Part shown: one piece after another, positions 9,445 to 19,267 of the stretch
Position numbering within the stretch: position 1 is the first letter of the stretch
Layout of the letters: every line of letters starts with the position of its first letter
Assembly (NCBI GenBank): GCA_018662325.1
Contig: JABJGM010000002.1
Location: forward strand, 8,996-72,995
Source of the DNA: a bacterium
GTDB lineage: Bacteria > Patescibacteriota > Gracilibacteria > UBA1369 > GCA-2718715
Length of the DNA: 64,000 bases
Direction of reading: 5' to 3'
Translations under genes and position numbers: made by a program
Notes under the pieces: model-generated
Databases searched by the model: none
What the model saw: the letters and a program-made list of their open reading frames with translations, nothing else
Told to the model about the DNA's origin: nothing

Positions 9445-9590
9445 AAATACTACTTAGTTTAAATACGAACTCAATCTAATAAAAAAGTATCAGAGCTACC
9501 TCTCTCTTTCTATTAAGAATCAAACGAGTAAGCACACTCTAAGGTAGATGTGATGATGCAGTATCTCGAAGAAAATTACAGTTACTATTA

Positions 9591-9617
9591 AAAAACTACA
9601 TCCTAGGATGTAGTTTT
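9591..9617. terminator. Bidirectional hairpin terminator between convergent genes
   Basis: AAAAACTACATCCTAGGATGTAGTTTT contains the perfect 18-nt palindrome CTACATCCTAGGATGTAG, flanked by an A-run and a T-run. Confidence 0.6.
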
Positions 9618-9620
9618 ATT

Positions 9621-10121
9621 TTATTTATCTTTTAGAAAGATTTCTAGCCCCTTACGTATCATAGATTTAAACTCTTTTGATTCATATGATTCAAAAAGTG
9701 ATCTTCTAGATCTTTTTAATAAAGGCCTGCTTGCCTGTCTTTGTTCAAGTTCTCTGCGTTGTCTTGCATTCTTATCGTCGTATCTTACTATACCTTCATC
9801 TTCTCTTGATTCACTTTCGTCTTCTGCTGCTTCACTTTCGTCTGGTTCCGAAATTGAATCTTGCGGAGTCCCTTCATTACTATCATATTTTAATAAAAGA
9901 TTGTTTATAATAGAAGATGTTTCCTGTTGAATGGAAAAGATATACTTGTCTGATTTAACACGTGGATTTAGCCAATATTTTGTTGCAAAACTAAGTCCTT
10001 CGTCTGACTGAGTAATTGATGGTAAATGGTATTTATGTTTTCTAAAAAAATCTATAGCTTGATATAGATCTTCAAGATCTTCAAGTTTAGAAATTGGTAC
10101 CGGAAAAATATCTTGAGACAT
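9621..10121 (-). CDS. Hypothetical protein with an acidic Ser/Glu-rich centre and a basic tail
   Basis: 166-aa ORF containing ...SEPDESEAAEDESESREDEG... followed by RQRRELEQRQASRPLLKRSRR. No family recognised. Confidence 0.5.
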   Translation of the reverse strand: MSQDIFPVPISKLEDLEDLYQAIDFFRKHKYHLPSITQSDEGLSFATKYWLNPRVKSDKYIFSIQQETSSIINNLLLKYDSNEGTPQDSISEPDESEAAEDESESREDEGIVRYDDKNARQRRELEQRQASRPLLKRSRRSLFESYESKEFKSMIRKGLEIFLKDK

Positions 10122-10212
10122 TAAATTCTATTAAATTTGACTTACTATATACATTTCCTTCAATAAGTCAAATGGGTAGTAATTAAAAAAAACCAGAAAA
10201 TCTGATTTTGAG

Positions 10213-10287
10213 TGGTGCCGAGGGGCGGAATTGAACCACCGACACAAGGCTTTTCAAGCCTCTGCTCTACCACTGAGCTACCCCGGC
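10213..10287 (-). tRNA. tRNA-Phe (GAA), CCA encoded
   Basis: The reverse complement reads GCCGGGG-TA-GCTCAGTGGTAGAGC-A-GAGGC-TTGAAAA-GCCTT-GTGTC-GGTGG-TTCAATT-CCGCC-CCTCGGC-ACCA. It folds as a cloverleaf with anticodon loop T-T-GAA-A-A. Confidence 0.9.
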
Positions 10288-10331
10288 AAATCTGTATATA
10301 TTTTATATCATTATTTATTTTCAAAAGCAAA

Positions 10332-10883
10332 CTAATTTAATTTAAAGTGCTTGAAAATCAGTTGATAATCATTGTTATCATTGCGATTTGTATCCCAAAT
10401 TTTCTTTTGACTTAAAAGGTTTAAATTATCTAAAAAAGGTTGAATATGTGTATCACAGTCAAACTTCGAATCGATTAAAGTATGAAACACTTCAGTAATA
10501 TAATTTTGTTGGAAGCAAAATTCATAAAGGCTTTTACCTCCAATACAAAAAATATCGAAATTTAAATTTTCAGAAACAAAGTCCTGAAGTTGACTTAAAT
10601 TATTTATAAAATAAGGCTTTGTGAAATCTCCATTAAATTCTTTTAAAGGAATAAAACTTTTCAATTCTAAATTTTGAGTTGAAATAACAACATTCAACCT
10701 ATCTGGTAAAGGCTTAAATTTATTTGGAATTGATTCATAGGTCTTTCTTCCCATTAATACAATTGTATTGGGATTTTGGGTAGTCAGACTTTTAAAGTAT
10801 TGCATGTCTTTTGCAAAACTCCATGGTAAATCATTATCCTTACCAATTCCAAAATTTAAATCTGTGGCAACTATTAATTTCAT
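10332..10883 (-). CDS. folA: Dihydrofolate reductase
   Basis: MKLIVATDLNFGIGKDNDLPW...LMGRKTYESIP...DRLNVVIS are classic DHFR motifs. It lies immediately downstream of thyA with a 1-nt gap. Confidence 0.85.
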   Translation of the reverse strand: MKLIVATDLNFGIGKDNDLPWSFAKDMQYFKSLTTQNPNTIVLMGRKTYESIPNKFKPLPDRLNVVISTQNLELKSFIPLKEFNGDFTKPYFINNLSQLQDFVSENLNFDIFCIGGKSLYEFCFQQNYITEVFHTLIDSKFDCDTHIQPFLDNLNLLSQKKIWDTNRNDNNDYQLIFKHFKLN

Positions 10884-10884
10884 A

Positions 10885-11697
10885 TTAAACAGCTATTGGG
10901 AATTTTATAAACTTATGATGATTATAATCATTAAGCTCAAAATCTTCAAAGGTTAATTCAAAAATAGGTTTTTTAGCAATTACTACATTTGGCCTTTCAA
11001 GAGGTTCTCTTTGTAGCTGTTTTTTTAATCCTTCTACATGGTTTGAGTAAATGTGTGCGTCTCCAATTGTATGTACAAATATTCCTGGTTCTAGTCCGCA
11101 TTCTTGAGCTACCATAATTAATAAAAGAGCATATGAAGCTATGTTGAATGGCACTCCAAGAGCAATATCGGCTGATCTTTGGTATAATTGTAGGTCTAAT
11201 CTTCCATTTACTACATAAAACTGAAACATTGTATGGCATGGTGGAAGAGCCATCTTTTCAATGTCGGATACATTCCAAGCGCTAACAATTATTCGTCTAG
11301 AGTCTGGATTATTTTTAATAGTATCGATTGCCTTTTGGATTTGATTAATAGTAGATTTTGCAGCTTTTCCATTTTCATCAATAGAATACTGTGGCCAATT
11401 TATCCATTGGTGCCCATAGATGGGTCCAAGGTCTCCATTTTCATCAGCCCAAGCGTCCCATATAGGTGTATGCTGAGTAAGTCCATCATTAATATTGGTT
11501 GCACCTTTTAAAAACCACAATAGTTCATGCACTATAGCCTTAAACAGAGTTTTTTTAGTGGTAACCAAAGGAAAGCCTTCTCTTAAATCATATTTTCTTT
11601 GCGTTCCAAAAACAGATATCGTACCAGTTCCAGTTCTATCACTTCTGGTTTCTCCATTATCTAAAACTTCTTTGACTAAACTTAAGTATTCCTTCAT
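10885..11697 (-). CDS. thyA: Thymidylate synthase (ThyA type)
   Basis: ...[14 protein letters not shown]..., ...[13 protein letters not shown]..., ...[22 protein letters not shown]... The catalytic Cys and folate-binding motifs are present. Confidence 0.95.
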   Translation of the reverse strand: MKEYLSLVKEVLDNGETRSDRTGTGTISVFGTQRKYDLREGFPLVTTKKTLFKAIVHELLWFLKGATNINDGLTQHTPIWDAWADENGDLGPIYGHQWINWPQYSIDENGKAAKSTINQIQKAIDTIKNNPDSRRIIVSAWNVSDIEKMALPPCHTMFQFYVVNGRLDLQLYQRSADIALGVPFNIASYALLLIMVAQECGLEPGIFVHTIGDAHIYSNHVEGLKKQLQREPLERPNVVIAKKPIFELTFEDFELNDYNHHKFIKFPIAV

Positions 11698-11768
11698 AGT
11701 TTAAAAATTATTTTGCAATTATATTATAGCTTAAAGTAGAATTAGTTTAGAACTAAAAATAAAGAAAT

Positions 11769-12452
11769 TTGCTTAAAAAAATTCATAAAAAACGTGTGCA
11801 ACGCTTAATAGCTTATATTAACTTAACTGTACTAATTTTTCTAATTGTTGTTGTTTATTATGATTACAGCAATCAAGGTCTAACTTATTGGCTTTCTAAA
11901 AATAACCTTTACGAAGTAAAAGCTTACTTTGAAACTCTAACTCCGCTAATGAGTTATTTTACAGCTTGTTTATTGGTATTAATTGAAGTTGTGATTGGAA
12001 TAATACCTGGAATTATCATGTATCCAATTTTAGGATTTGTGCTTGGAGCTGAAAAAGCTTTAATTGTAATTTTTACAATGGGATTACTTGGTAATTTAAT
12101 TAATTACTATCAAGGAAAAACATTAATGGATGCATTTATTGATAAAAAGAAAAATGCAAAATTACTTGAAAAACTAGAATACGGAGGAGGTCTATCGTTG
12201 TTTTTAATAAGACTAAATCCCCTAACCTCTGTAGATTCTGTGAGTTATTTCGCCGGTGCAATAGATATGAAGGTTACAACTTTTATTTTAGCTACGGGAC
12301 TTGGCACTTTACCATTTATTTTTGCAGCAACTATTTTCGGAGTTGAATTTTTGAACTTAGTAAAACCATATTTAGAATTACTAATATACATTACACTGGG
12401 AGTTGTAGCTTACAAGGTTGTAAAAGCTAAGATGCAGAAGAATAAAAAGTGA
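11769..12452 (+). CDS. TVP38/TMEM64 (DedA-superfamily, VTT-domain) membrane protein
   Basis: Multi-TM 227-aa protein with ...LIEVVIGIIPGIIMYPILGFVLG... and ...LIRLNPLTSVDSVSYFAGA... The tracked start is a TTG. Confidence 0.6.
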   Translation: MLKKIHKKRVQRLIAYINLTVLIFLIVVVYYDYSNQGLTYWLSKNNLYEVKAYFETLTPLMSYFTACLLVLIEVVIGIIPGIIMYPILGFVLGAEKALIVIFTMGLLGNLINYYQGKTLMDAFIDKKKNAKLLEKLEYGGGLSLFLIRLNPLTSVDSVSYFAGAIDMKVTTFILATGLGTLPFIFAATIFGVEFLNLVKPYLELLIYITLGVVAYKVVKAKMQKNKK

Positions 12453-12870
12453 TTGATCCTTGGGTCAATGTAATTTTCTCCATTGCATAAATTACTTCAT
12501 CAACTGATGCATCTTTGTCTAAAAACAAAACATCACTTAAGGCATAAATCATAATCTGAAATTCATGTTTCTCATTTGAAGGACAGGGACCAGAGTATCC
12601 ATATTCTTTAAATGAATTAAGTCCAATTGTACTCCATTCTAATTTTGAGTTTTCCGGAATAAATGTATTCTGAGGTTCTATGTTCCATAATAGCCAATTC
12701 AACCATCTTCCGGATGGAGAAGATAGATTTTGCATTACTACAACAAAAGATTTAGTCTTTTCAGGTACGTTTGAAATATTTAAAGGCGGACTTATATTTT
12801 CACCATAACAAGTGTATTTCTTTGGAATCTCTGAATGACTCTTGAATGCAAGTGAAGTAATTTTCAACAT
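12427..12870 (-). CDS. YbhB/YbcL-family (PEBP / Raf-kinase-inhibitor-like) protein
   Basis: ...SLAFKSHSEIPKKYTCYGENISPPLNISNVPEKTKSFVVVM... and ...YSGPCPSNEKHEFQIMIYAL... match the bacterial PEBP pattern. Its start overlaps the rmuC stop (TAATG). Confidence 0.75.
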   Translation of the reverse strand: MLKITSLAFKSHSEIPKKYTCYGENISPPLNISNVPEKTKSFVVVMQNLSSPSGRWLNWLLWNIEPQNTFIPENSKLEWSTIGLNSFKEYGYSGPCPSNEKHEFQIMIYALSDVLFLDKDASVDEVIYAMEKITLTQGSITFYSSAS

Positions 12871-14045
12871 TATTGTATTTGTTTTAAATTATCGACATCA
12901 ACATTTAAAGATTCATCTAGTTGAGTTACTACGTCATTTTTATGACCACGAAGAGCATTAAACTTCTTAATTTGTGGAACCAAATTACGGTTCCATGATC
13001 CAGATAAGCTAGTGAATGCTTTATTAGCTCTTTGAAGACCTTTTCCTACATCAGTTAAATGATTTGTAAAGGTTTGTAATCTGGAGATTAAATCCTGACC
13101 TGCAATTTTTACTTCTTTTATTCGATTAGAAAGTTTATCATCTTTCCAAGATTTTTCGATAATTATCAAGATAGAAAGTAAAGTGGCTGGAGAAGCAAGA
13201 ATAATTTTTCTATTAATGGCATAATCCATAATTTGAGGGTCTAATTCCATAGTTTTTCGAATCAAATACTCACCAGGTAAAAACATTACTACAAATGGTG
13301 CAGTTGAATCTACAGAGTCATGATAAGCTTTTGAGTCCAAAGTATTCATATGTTTTTTAACATCATTTATAAACATTTTCTGAAATTTATCTTTAACATC
13401 TTTATCTTGAGCATTAGACGCTTTAAGAAAGTTTGCTAAAGGTGCTTTTGCATCAATGATAATTTTACGACTATCTGGTAGGTTTACAATCATATCCGGC
13501 CTTTGGATGTTTCCATCTTTAGTAGTTAATGTAGTTTGTTCTGTAAAATCAACTTTATCCGTTAAACCTGCCATTTCAACCACTCTCTTAAGCTGAACTT
13601 CTCCCCAGTTTCCAGCTTTTTTGTTGTCAGTCAAAGCGGTTTCAAGAGTTTTAGTAGTTTCTTGAAGACGTTTTTCGGCCATTAAAATTTCTTGAAGCTG
13701 ACCTGAAATCGCTCCATATTTTTTAGAACGATCATGCTCTAAATGCTTAATAAGGTTTTCTTGTCTTTCGAGATTGCTTTGAAGGTTTTTAACAAAACTC
13801 TGGATTGATTCTTTTCTTAAATCCAAGTCTTTATTAGCTTTAGAACTTAGGTTTTCAAACTTGCTCTCAGCTAAATTCAAAAAGGTATCCTGAGAGTTTT
13901 TCAAAGTTTGCTGTGCCAAATCATTAAAAAGGTTTTGCAACTTATCCGATTGATTCGCTAAACTTTGAGATAAGTATTGGTTAATAAAGTGCATCGCAAT
14001 ACATCCTGTGATTGCACCGAAAATAAAACTTAAAATGTAATTCAT
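12870..14045 (-). CDS. rmuC: DNA recombination protein RmuC
   Basis: N-terminal TM helix, a long coiled coil, then a nuclease-like core ...RPDMIVNLPDSRKIIIDAKAPL...FVVMFLPGE... characteristic of RmuC. Confidence 0.8.
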   Translation of the reverse strand: MNYILSFIFGAITGCIAMHFINQYLSQSLANQSDKLQNLFNDLAQQTLKNSQDTFLNLAESKFENLSSKANKDLDLRKESIQSFVKNLQSNLERQENLIKHLEHDRSKKYGAISGQLQEILMAEKRLQETTKTLETALTDNKKAGNWGEVQLKRVVEMAGLTDKVDFTEQTTLTTKDGNIQRPDMIVNLPDSRKIIIDAKAPLANFLKASNAQDKDVKDKFQKMFINDVKKHMNTLDSKAYHDSVDSTAPFVVMFLPGEYLIRKTMELDPQIMDYAINRKIILASPATLLSILIIIEKSWKDDKLSNRIKEVKIAGQDLISRLQTFTNHLTDVGKGLQRANKAFTSLSGSWNRNLVPQIKKFNALRGHKNDVVTQLDESLNVDVDNLKQIQ

Positions 14046-14091
14046 AATTGTATTTTAAACAAACTTATTATATAGGAATTTTCAGAAAAAA

Positions 14092-15237
14092 TTAAGCAAT
14101 TAATTTTAAAACTTCTGGGTTCAGCCAAGCTTGGTTCTCAGAAAGCTTATAAGAGATTTTTTCAACATCAATAATTAAAATATCAGATCCAGGATAAGTA
14201 TCCTCTAAAACTTGTAGATAAATTTGTTCAAAGTTGTAAGAAAGATTTTGAATTCTTACTTTTATTGTTTCTTCCCCATTAAAATAATAAGCTTCTTTTC
14301 CTATTATTCTTGCATCAATCACTGAAAAATTTAATTTGCGAGCTTCATCTCCTTCAATCCTCGTATAACTATTTCTTTCTTCTGGATTAGTCGGGTCATC
14401 AACTACTTGTGAAGAGGTTGAAAAGTTATAATTCGACTCGTAATTTTGATTAGCTGAATCTCTACTCAAGTCTTTTACTGGAACTATTGACATCCTTGGA
14501 TCGAAAGCTTGATAGCTGGTAGCATCAACCTCTTGAGTGTATTGACTAATGCCTGGAGTCATTTGAATAGAAATACTTTCTTCTGTGAAATTAAATATAT
14601 CTGGGTTTAATTGTATGGATTTAATTTTAGACAAATATAATTCAGCATTCAAGGTCCATAATTGAAGGGGTTCAACTTGTTTGGTTTTAAAACTTGCCTT
14701 ACCCTTTTCATCTACGTAGTTTGGTGCAAAGGTATTTATGAAAGTTTGATTTGTTACATTTTGGAAAAACCAAGTTGAATTAAAATCATTACCAGTAAAA
14801 GAATAAGTAATAATTTGATTATAAGAAGTAAAAGCTTCTCTAATAATATTCATCATTAGTACTTGATTGTACTTACAAAATCTAATTAAAAATGCATCAT
14901 CTGTTAATACATTATCTGGAACATAATTTAATATATCAGGAGTAATCTGAGTAAATTTCTTTAATATTCCAGGTGAAGATAATACTCTAAACCATTCAGA
15001 TTCTTGACTTAAATTGCCTTTTAAAAACTTTTCACGAAAAACAGGAAACATAGATGCGCTACAGGGATGGTCAGGCAACTGATCCATATAAAGTTGTGAA
15101 TTAAGAATGAAATTTGTTTTTTCACTTATCAATTTTTCAATTTTTTTTACTTTCATCTTCTCAAGAAGATTAAAAATACCTGGTTTAATTTCACCATCTA
15201 AATAAGACCTTACGTCAAACATAGTTACTTCATTCAT
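14092..15237 (-). CDS. Hypothetical protein
   Basis: 381-aa ORF with no overlapping competitor. No motif recognised. Confidence 0.5.
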   Translation of the reverse strand: MNEVTMFDVRSYLDGEIKPGIFNLLEKMKVKKIEKLISEKTNFILNSQLYMDQLPDHPCSASMFPVFREKFLKGNLSQESEWFRVLSSPGILKKFTQITPDILNYVPDNVLTDDAFLIRFCKYNQVLMMNIIREAFTSYNQIITYSFTGNDFNSTWFFQNVTNQTFINTFAPNYVDEKGKASFKTKQVEPLQLWTLNAELYLSKIKSIQLNPDIFNFTEESISIQMTPGISQYTQEVDATSYQAFDPRMSIVPVKDLSRDSANQNYESNYNFSTSSQVVDDPTNPEERNSYTRIEGDEARKLNFSVIDARIIGKEAYYFNGEETIKVRIQNLSYNFEQIYLQVLEDTYPGSDILIIDVEKISYKLSENQAWLNPEVLKLIA

Positions 15238-15299
15238 TTAGAAATGGGTTAATTTTTTTAATAATTTCAATTATTATATACATGTAGTAACAAAATTTT

Positions 15300-16775
15300 A
15301 TGGCAATTTTACTTCCAAAAAAACCTGATTATGATATTAACAGAACTTTTCCAGAAGACGTACTTAAAGAAAGTTATGAGATAATTCTCGATGAAGCCTT
15401 CAACCAAACTAGAATGCAGGTTTCTGGAGTTACAATTGACGGTGAAACATCAAAGGATTTGGATGATGCAATTGACTTTACAAAATTTAAGTCTGGTTAT
15501 AAATTAGACATTTCTATCGCCGATCCAAGTTCTATAATACATATGTCGTCTCAAATTGATAATGAAGCTTTAAAGAGAGTTTTTACTTTATATAGAAATA
15601 CTTACAACAATCCTATGATTCCAAGCTTACTATCTGAAGATTTAATAACTTTAAAAGAAAAATCTAAAAGACCCTGTATCACTGTAAGGTCGTTTTTTGA
15701 TTCTGAATTTACTATTGTTAATTATGAAATATTTCAATCCTGCATAGATCTAAAAAAAAGATTAACTTATTCAACTTGTACTCAGGTTTTAAATAAAGAT
15801 ATAGATTTAAAGATACTGAATAAAGAATATGGTTTTAAAGTTGACAAATTTTTAATAAACATAGGTAATCTAGCTGCTAGCCTAAAATCTCAAAGAATAG
15901 GAAAAAAATACAGTATTCAGAGCTTAAGTTCAGAGGAGATAGTCTCGGAATTAATGGTTTTAACAAATCATCTAGTTTCAAACTATATGATAAGTAATAA
16001 AATACCAGGTCTTTTTAGGTCACATGGTTTTAAAAGTTCTTGTCCTAATGAAAGAGCTGAATATTCAAATTATAACTTTGGACACTTAGGATTAAGCTTA
16101 GATTCATATACTCATTTCACTTCTCCATTAAGGCGGTATCCGGATTTGGCAATCGGAAGGATATTACATAGTCACTTTGATGAAAAATCATTTCCTTATC
16201 TAGAATCGGAGTTAAAAGAAATGTGTGAATACTTTAATCAAGCTGAGATTGACACTATTGATGAATCACTTGGAGATGATTTTGAATTGGATGTTGACTC
16301 AAACATTACCGATATTTCTGATAAAGATTTTTTAGAGGACTCACTATATATTTTTAATTTGAGTATAATTCATGAAAATAAAATTTTAGATTTACTTGAT
16401 CGAAACTTAATAAACGCGAAGATCATCACAAACATTCTATTGGACGAAAGGAAACTAACAAAAGGATGGCTAAGAGTGAAATCAGCCATCAAGGAAAAAA
16501 TCGATTCTTTACCTAATTTAGCCCTAAATATATTACTAGAAGCCTGTAATAATCATCTTTTAAAAATTGCTAAAATTGACTTTGAAATATTTCCAATAGA
16601 TTCTTATACTCACTCAAGGATACTCCTTACAATAGACGGAAAATATTATTCCAATACAAATGGTGTGGTTGCAAACAGTTCAAAAAGAGCAAAGGCTTTA
16701 TCAGCAAAACTTTGCTTATTTGGATTGATTGAAAAAAAACTTATAGAAACTGAATTCAACTATCATTACAAATGA
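15300..16775 (+). CDS. RNB-domain 3'-5' exoribonuclease (RNase II/R family), minimal form with a dsRBD-like C-terminus
   Basis: RNB motif I is TIDGETSKDLDDAIDF and motif IV is HFTSPLRRYPDL. The RNB domain starts about 35 aa from the N-terminus. The tail ...LLEACNNH...FEIFPIDSYTHSRILLTIDGKYY...NSSKRAKALSAKLCL resembles a dsRNA-binding domain. Confidence 0.8.
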   Translation: MAILLPKKPDYDINRTFPEDVLKESYEIILDEAFNQTRMQVSGVTIDGETSKDLDDAIDFTKFKSGYKLDISIADPSSIIHMSSQIDNEALKRVFTLYRNTYNNPMIPSLLSEDLITLKEKSKRPCITVRSFFDSEFTIVNYEIFQSCIDLKKRLTYSTCTQVLNKDIDLKILNKEYGFKVDKFLINIGNLAASLKSQRIGKKYSIQSLSSEEIVSELMVLTNHLVSNYMISNKIPGLFRSHGFKSSCPNERAEYSNYNFGHLGLSLDSYTHFTSPLRRYPDLAIGRILHSHFDEKSFPYLESELKEMCEYFNQAEIDTIDESLGDDFELDVDSNITDISDKDFLEDSLYIFNLSIIHENKILDLLDRNLINAKIITNILLDERKLTKGWLRVKSAIKEKIDSLPNLALNILLEACNNHLLKIAKIDFEIFPIDSYTHSRILLTIDGKYYSNTNGVVANSSKRAKALSAKLCLFGLIEKKLIETEFNYHYK

Positions 16776-16780
16776 TAATG

Positions 16781-16856
16781 TGGAGCGAGTAAGGGGAATC
16801 GAACCCCTGTTTGCGCCTTGGCAAGGCGCCGTAATAGCCACTATACCATACTCGCT
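16781..16856 (-). tRNA. tRNA-Gly (GCC), CCA encoded
   Basis: The reverse complement reads AGCGAGT-AT-GGTATAGTGGCTATTAC-G-GCGCC-TTGCCAA-GGCGC-AAACA-GGGGTTCGATTCCCC-TT-ACTCGCT-CCA. The anticodon stem is perfect and the loop is T-T-GCC-A-A. Confidence 0.9.
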
Positions 16857-16895
16857 TTTTTCTATATACATAGTATATTTTCTTTGAAATTTAAA

Positions 16896-17204
16896 TCAAG
16901 ATATTTTTAATATTTTCTTTATTTTACTCGATATCTTTTCAAATACACTACTATGAATTTCGTGAAGTGAATTTTCAGTTATAAAGTTTTCCAAGTAATC
17001 CTTTGAGGATAAATCGATTAATAAATTACGTTCTAAAATTAATCTTGCGAAGTTAACTTTATTTTCAATTGGGACTTCTAAAGAATCAAACATTATTAAT
17101 ACACTATGATCAGCAATTATAATATCGCCCTCAAGAAAAGACATTAAACTTGGAATGAAATCATTACCAGATATAATTTTAACTGGATTGTTTAGACTAT
17201 TCAT
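16896..17204 (-). CDS. Hypothetical protein
   Basis: 102-aa ORF upstream of the minus-strand tRNA-Gly gene (16781-16856). No family recognised. Confidence 0.4.
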   Translation of the reverse strand: MNSLNNPVKIISGNDFIPSLMSFLEGDIIIADHSVLIMFDSLEVPIENKVNFARLILERNLLIDLSSKDYLENFITENSLHEIHSSVFEKISSKIKKILKIS

Positions 17205-17257
17205 TTTTTTTTATTAATTGTGAAATGTAGATTATATATTCTTTTCTAAAAATCAAA

Positions 17258-18352
17258 CTAATTATTAAATTTAAATAACATCACATCTCCATCTTGAACT
17301 ATGTATTCTTTTCCTTCTAATCTAACTTTACCTTTGTCTTTAGCTACATTCCAGCCTTGGCAGTCAACAAAATCTTGATAAGCAACAACATCTGCTTTAA
17401 TAAAGCCTTTTTCAAAATCCGTATGAATTACTCCAGCTGCGTTTGGAGCTGTAGCTCCCTTTTTAACAGTCCAAGCTCTTACTTCTTTAACTCCTGCAGT
17501 AAAATAAGTTTGAAGCCCTAAAACATTGTAAGCTTCTCTAATTAAACTATTTAAAGTTGGCTCTGTTAATCCCATTTCAGTTAAAAAATCTTTTGCTTCT
17601 TCTTCTGAGAAAGAAAGTAGATCTGATTCTAATTTAGCAGAAACTGGTACTAAAGTATCATTATCATCTAAAGACAATTGACTTCTAATTGCAGCTAAAT
17701 CTAAATTTGCCACTTCATCTTCTTTGCTATTTACAACATAGATAAAAGGCTTATCAGTTAAAAGATGTAAATCGTGAAGTTGTTCGTGTTCTGATTCTGT
17801 ACATTCAAAAGAATTTACTTTGTTACCATCAGCTAAATGTTGGAATAATCTTTCGATAATACTAGCGTAGGCTACCTTTTCTTTGTTACCACTTTTTGTT
17901 TCAGATTTTGCTTTGGATAGTCTTTTCTCTACAGTTTGTAAATCTGCTAAAATTAATTCGGTTTCAATAATTTCTTTATCTCTGTTTGGGTCTATTGATC
18001 CACTAACATGGTGAATATCATCATCTTCAAAAACTCTAACTACATGAGCAATTGCATCAACTTGTCTAATATGACTTAAAAATTTATTCCCAAGTCCTTC
18101 GCCTTTGGAGGCTCCCTCAACTAATCCTGCAATGTCTACAAATTCTATAATAGCTGGAACTTCTTTCTCTGGTTTTATGAATTCTGAAATTGAATGTAAT
18201 CGAAAATCTGGAACTTCAACAATTCCTACATTTGGATCAATTGTACAGAAAGGGTAATTTGCACTTTCGGCAGAGTGGGATTTAGTTAGGGCATTAAACA
18301 AAGTAGATTTCCCAACGTTAGGAAGTCCTACAATTCCTATTTGAAGACTCAT
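17258..18352 (-). CDS. ychF: Redox-regulated ATPase YchF (Obg-family P-loop protein)
   Basis: MSLQIGIVGLPNVGKSTLFNALT..., ...FCTIDPNVG..., ...FVDIAGLVEGAS... and the C-terminal TGS-like ...VRAWTVKKGATAPNAAGVIHTDFEKGFI... Confidence 0.95.
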   Translation of the reverse strand: MSLQIGIVGLPNVGKSTLFNALTKSHSAESANYPFCTIDPNVGIVEVPDFRLHSISEFIKPEKEVPAIIEFVDIAGLVEGASKGEGLGNKFLSHIRQVDAIAHVVRVFEDDDIHHVSGSIDPNRDKEIIETELILADLQTVEKRLSKAKSETKSGNKEKVAYASIIERLFQHLADGNKVNSFECTESEHEQLHDLHLLTDKPFIYVVNSKEDEVANLDLAAIRSQLSLDDNDTLVPVSAKLESDLLSFSEEEAKDFLTEMGLTEPTLNSLIREAYNVLGLQTYFTAGVKEVRAWTVKKGATAPNAAGVIHTDFEKGFIKADVVAYQDFVDCQGWNVAKDKGKVRLEGKEYIVQDGDVMLFKFNN

Positions 18353-18461
18353 ATTTATATGTTATTTTGGCTTATTCTATGAGATTTTAATAAAAAAAAC
18401 AATACTTTAAATTGCGCGTTTAATTTTAATTTGTAATAATAAATGAAATTAATTTTATTGA

Positions 18462-18899
18462 ATGTTTCAAATCAAAGTTTATACAGATGGAAGTTGCTTA
18501 AAAAACCCTGGAAATGGTGGTTACTGCGCATTACTTCAGAAATTTAAAGATGGTGAAAAAGTTACGGAAGTTTCTTTAGTAGGAAATCAACCAGCTACCA
18601 CAAATAACAGAATGGAAATGATGGCTATTTTAAAAGCAATTATCTTTTTAAATCTTAAAGAAATTTCCGATTCTCAAATTGATTTTTATAGCGACTCAAA
18701 CTTAGTAATTAGCACTCTTTCAAAAGGATGGAAAAGAAAAGCAAATTTAGACATTTGGCAGGAGATAGATTTAGCTATTATAAACTGCAAAAAAAATGCC
18801 AACAAATTAGGTTGGCATTGGGTTAAAGCTCACAATAATCATCCGGAAAATGAATATTGTGATACCGAAGCTCGTAAAAAAGCTATGGAACTAGAGTGA
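18462..18899 (+). CDS. rnhA: Ribonuclease HI
   Basis: ...VYTDGSCLKNPGNGGY..., ...TNNRMEMMAILKA..., ...YSDSNLVI..., ...WHWVKAHNNHPENEYCD... The DEDD catalytic pattern is present. Confidence 0.85.
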   Translation: MFQIKVYTDGSCLKNPGNGGYCALLQKFKDGEKVTEVSLVGNQPATTNNRMEMMAILKAIIFLNLKEISDSQIDFYSDSNLVISTLSKGWKRKANLDIWQEIDLAIINCKKNANKLGWHWVKAHNNHPENEYCDTEARKKAMELE

Positions 18900-19202
18900 T
18901 TCTAATTTAGCTAAAATTGCATCTTTTGATTGAAATCCAGCCATTCTATCAGCAATTTCACCATTTTTATAAGTGATTAACGTTGGAATCGATGTAATTC
19001 CAAGTTCAGTAGCAATGTCTTCTGACTCATCAATATCTACTTTAACGATATCGTACTTCCCATCTACTTCTTCAGCTAATTGCTTTAAAACCGGAGTAAG
19101 CATTTGGCATGGTCCACACCAATCAGCAAAGAAATCAACTAACACTGGTACTTTTGAGTTTTGAATATAATCTTTAAACTCCTTTGAACTTAATACTTTC
19201 AT
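18891..19202 (-). CDS. trxA: Thioredoxin
   Basis: 103 aa with the WCGPC active site (VDFFADWCGPCQMLTP) and ...GITSIPTLITYKNGE... Confidence 0.9.
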   Translation of the reverse strand: MKVLSSKEFKDYIQNSKVPVLVDFFADWCGPCQMLTPVLKQLAEEVDGKYDIVKVDIDESEDIATELGITSIPTLITYKNGEIADRMAGFQSKDAILAKLESL

Positions 19203-19267
19203 ACTATTAAAATTAAGTAATAATTAGATATAAATTAACTAATTTTGTTTTTTTTCGCAATCTAATT

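Noticed and set aside
9553-9591. Short frame ...MMQYLEENYSYY* resembling the glutaredoxin C-terminus (...IMKYLEENYN*, 8851-8878), about 22 of 27 nt identical. It could be a relic of a second grx copy.
   Set aside because: The similarity spans only about 9 codons in AT-rich sequence, and an in-frame stop lies 8 codons upstream. That is too short to separate from chance without a database comparison.
10768-11704. Four tracked ORFs (10768-10956, 10997-11239, 11233-11511, 11495-11704) overlapping folA and thyA.
   Set aside because: They lie entirely within or antisense to two genes with unmistakable DHFR and ThyA motifs. They have no motifs of their own.
10213-16856. Region bounded by two tRNA genes as a possible genomic island.
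   Set aside because: It contains thyA, folA, rmuC and an RNB nuclease, all core-type functions. There is no integrase, no repeat of the tRNA 3' ends and no compositional break visible by eye.
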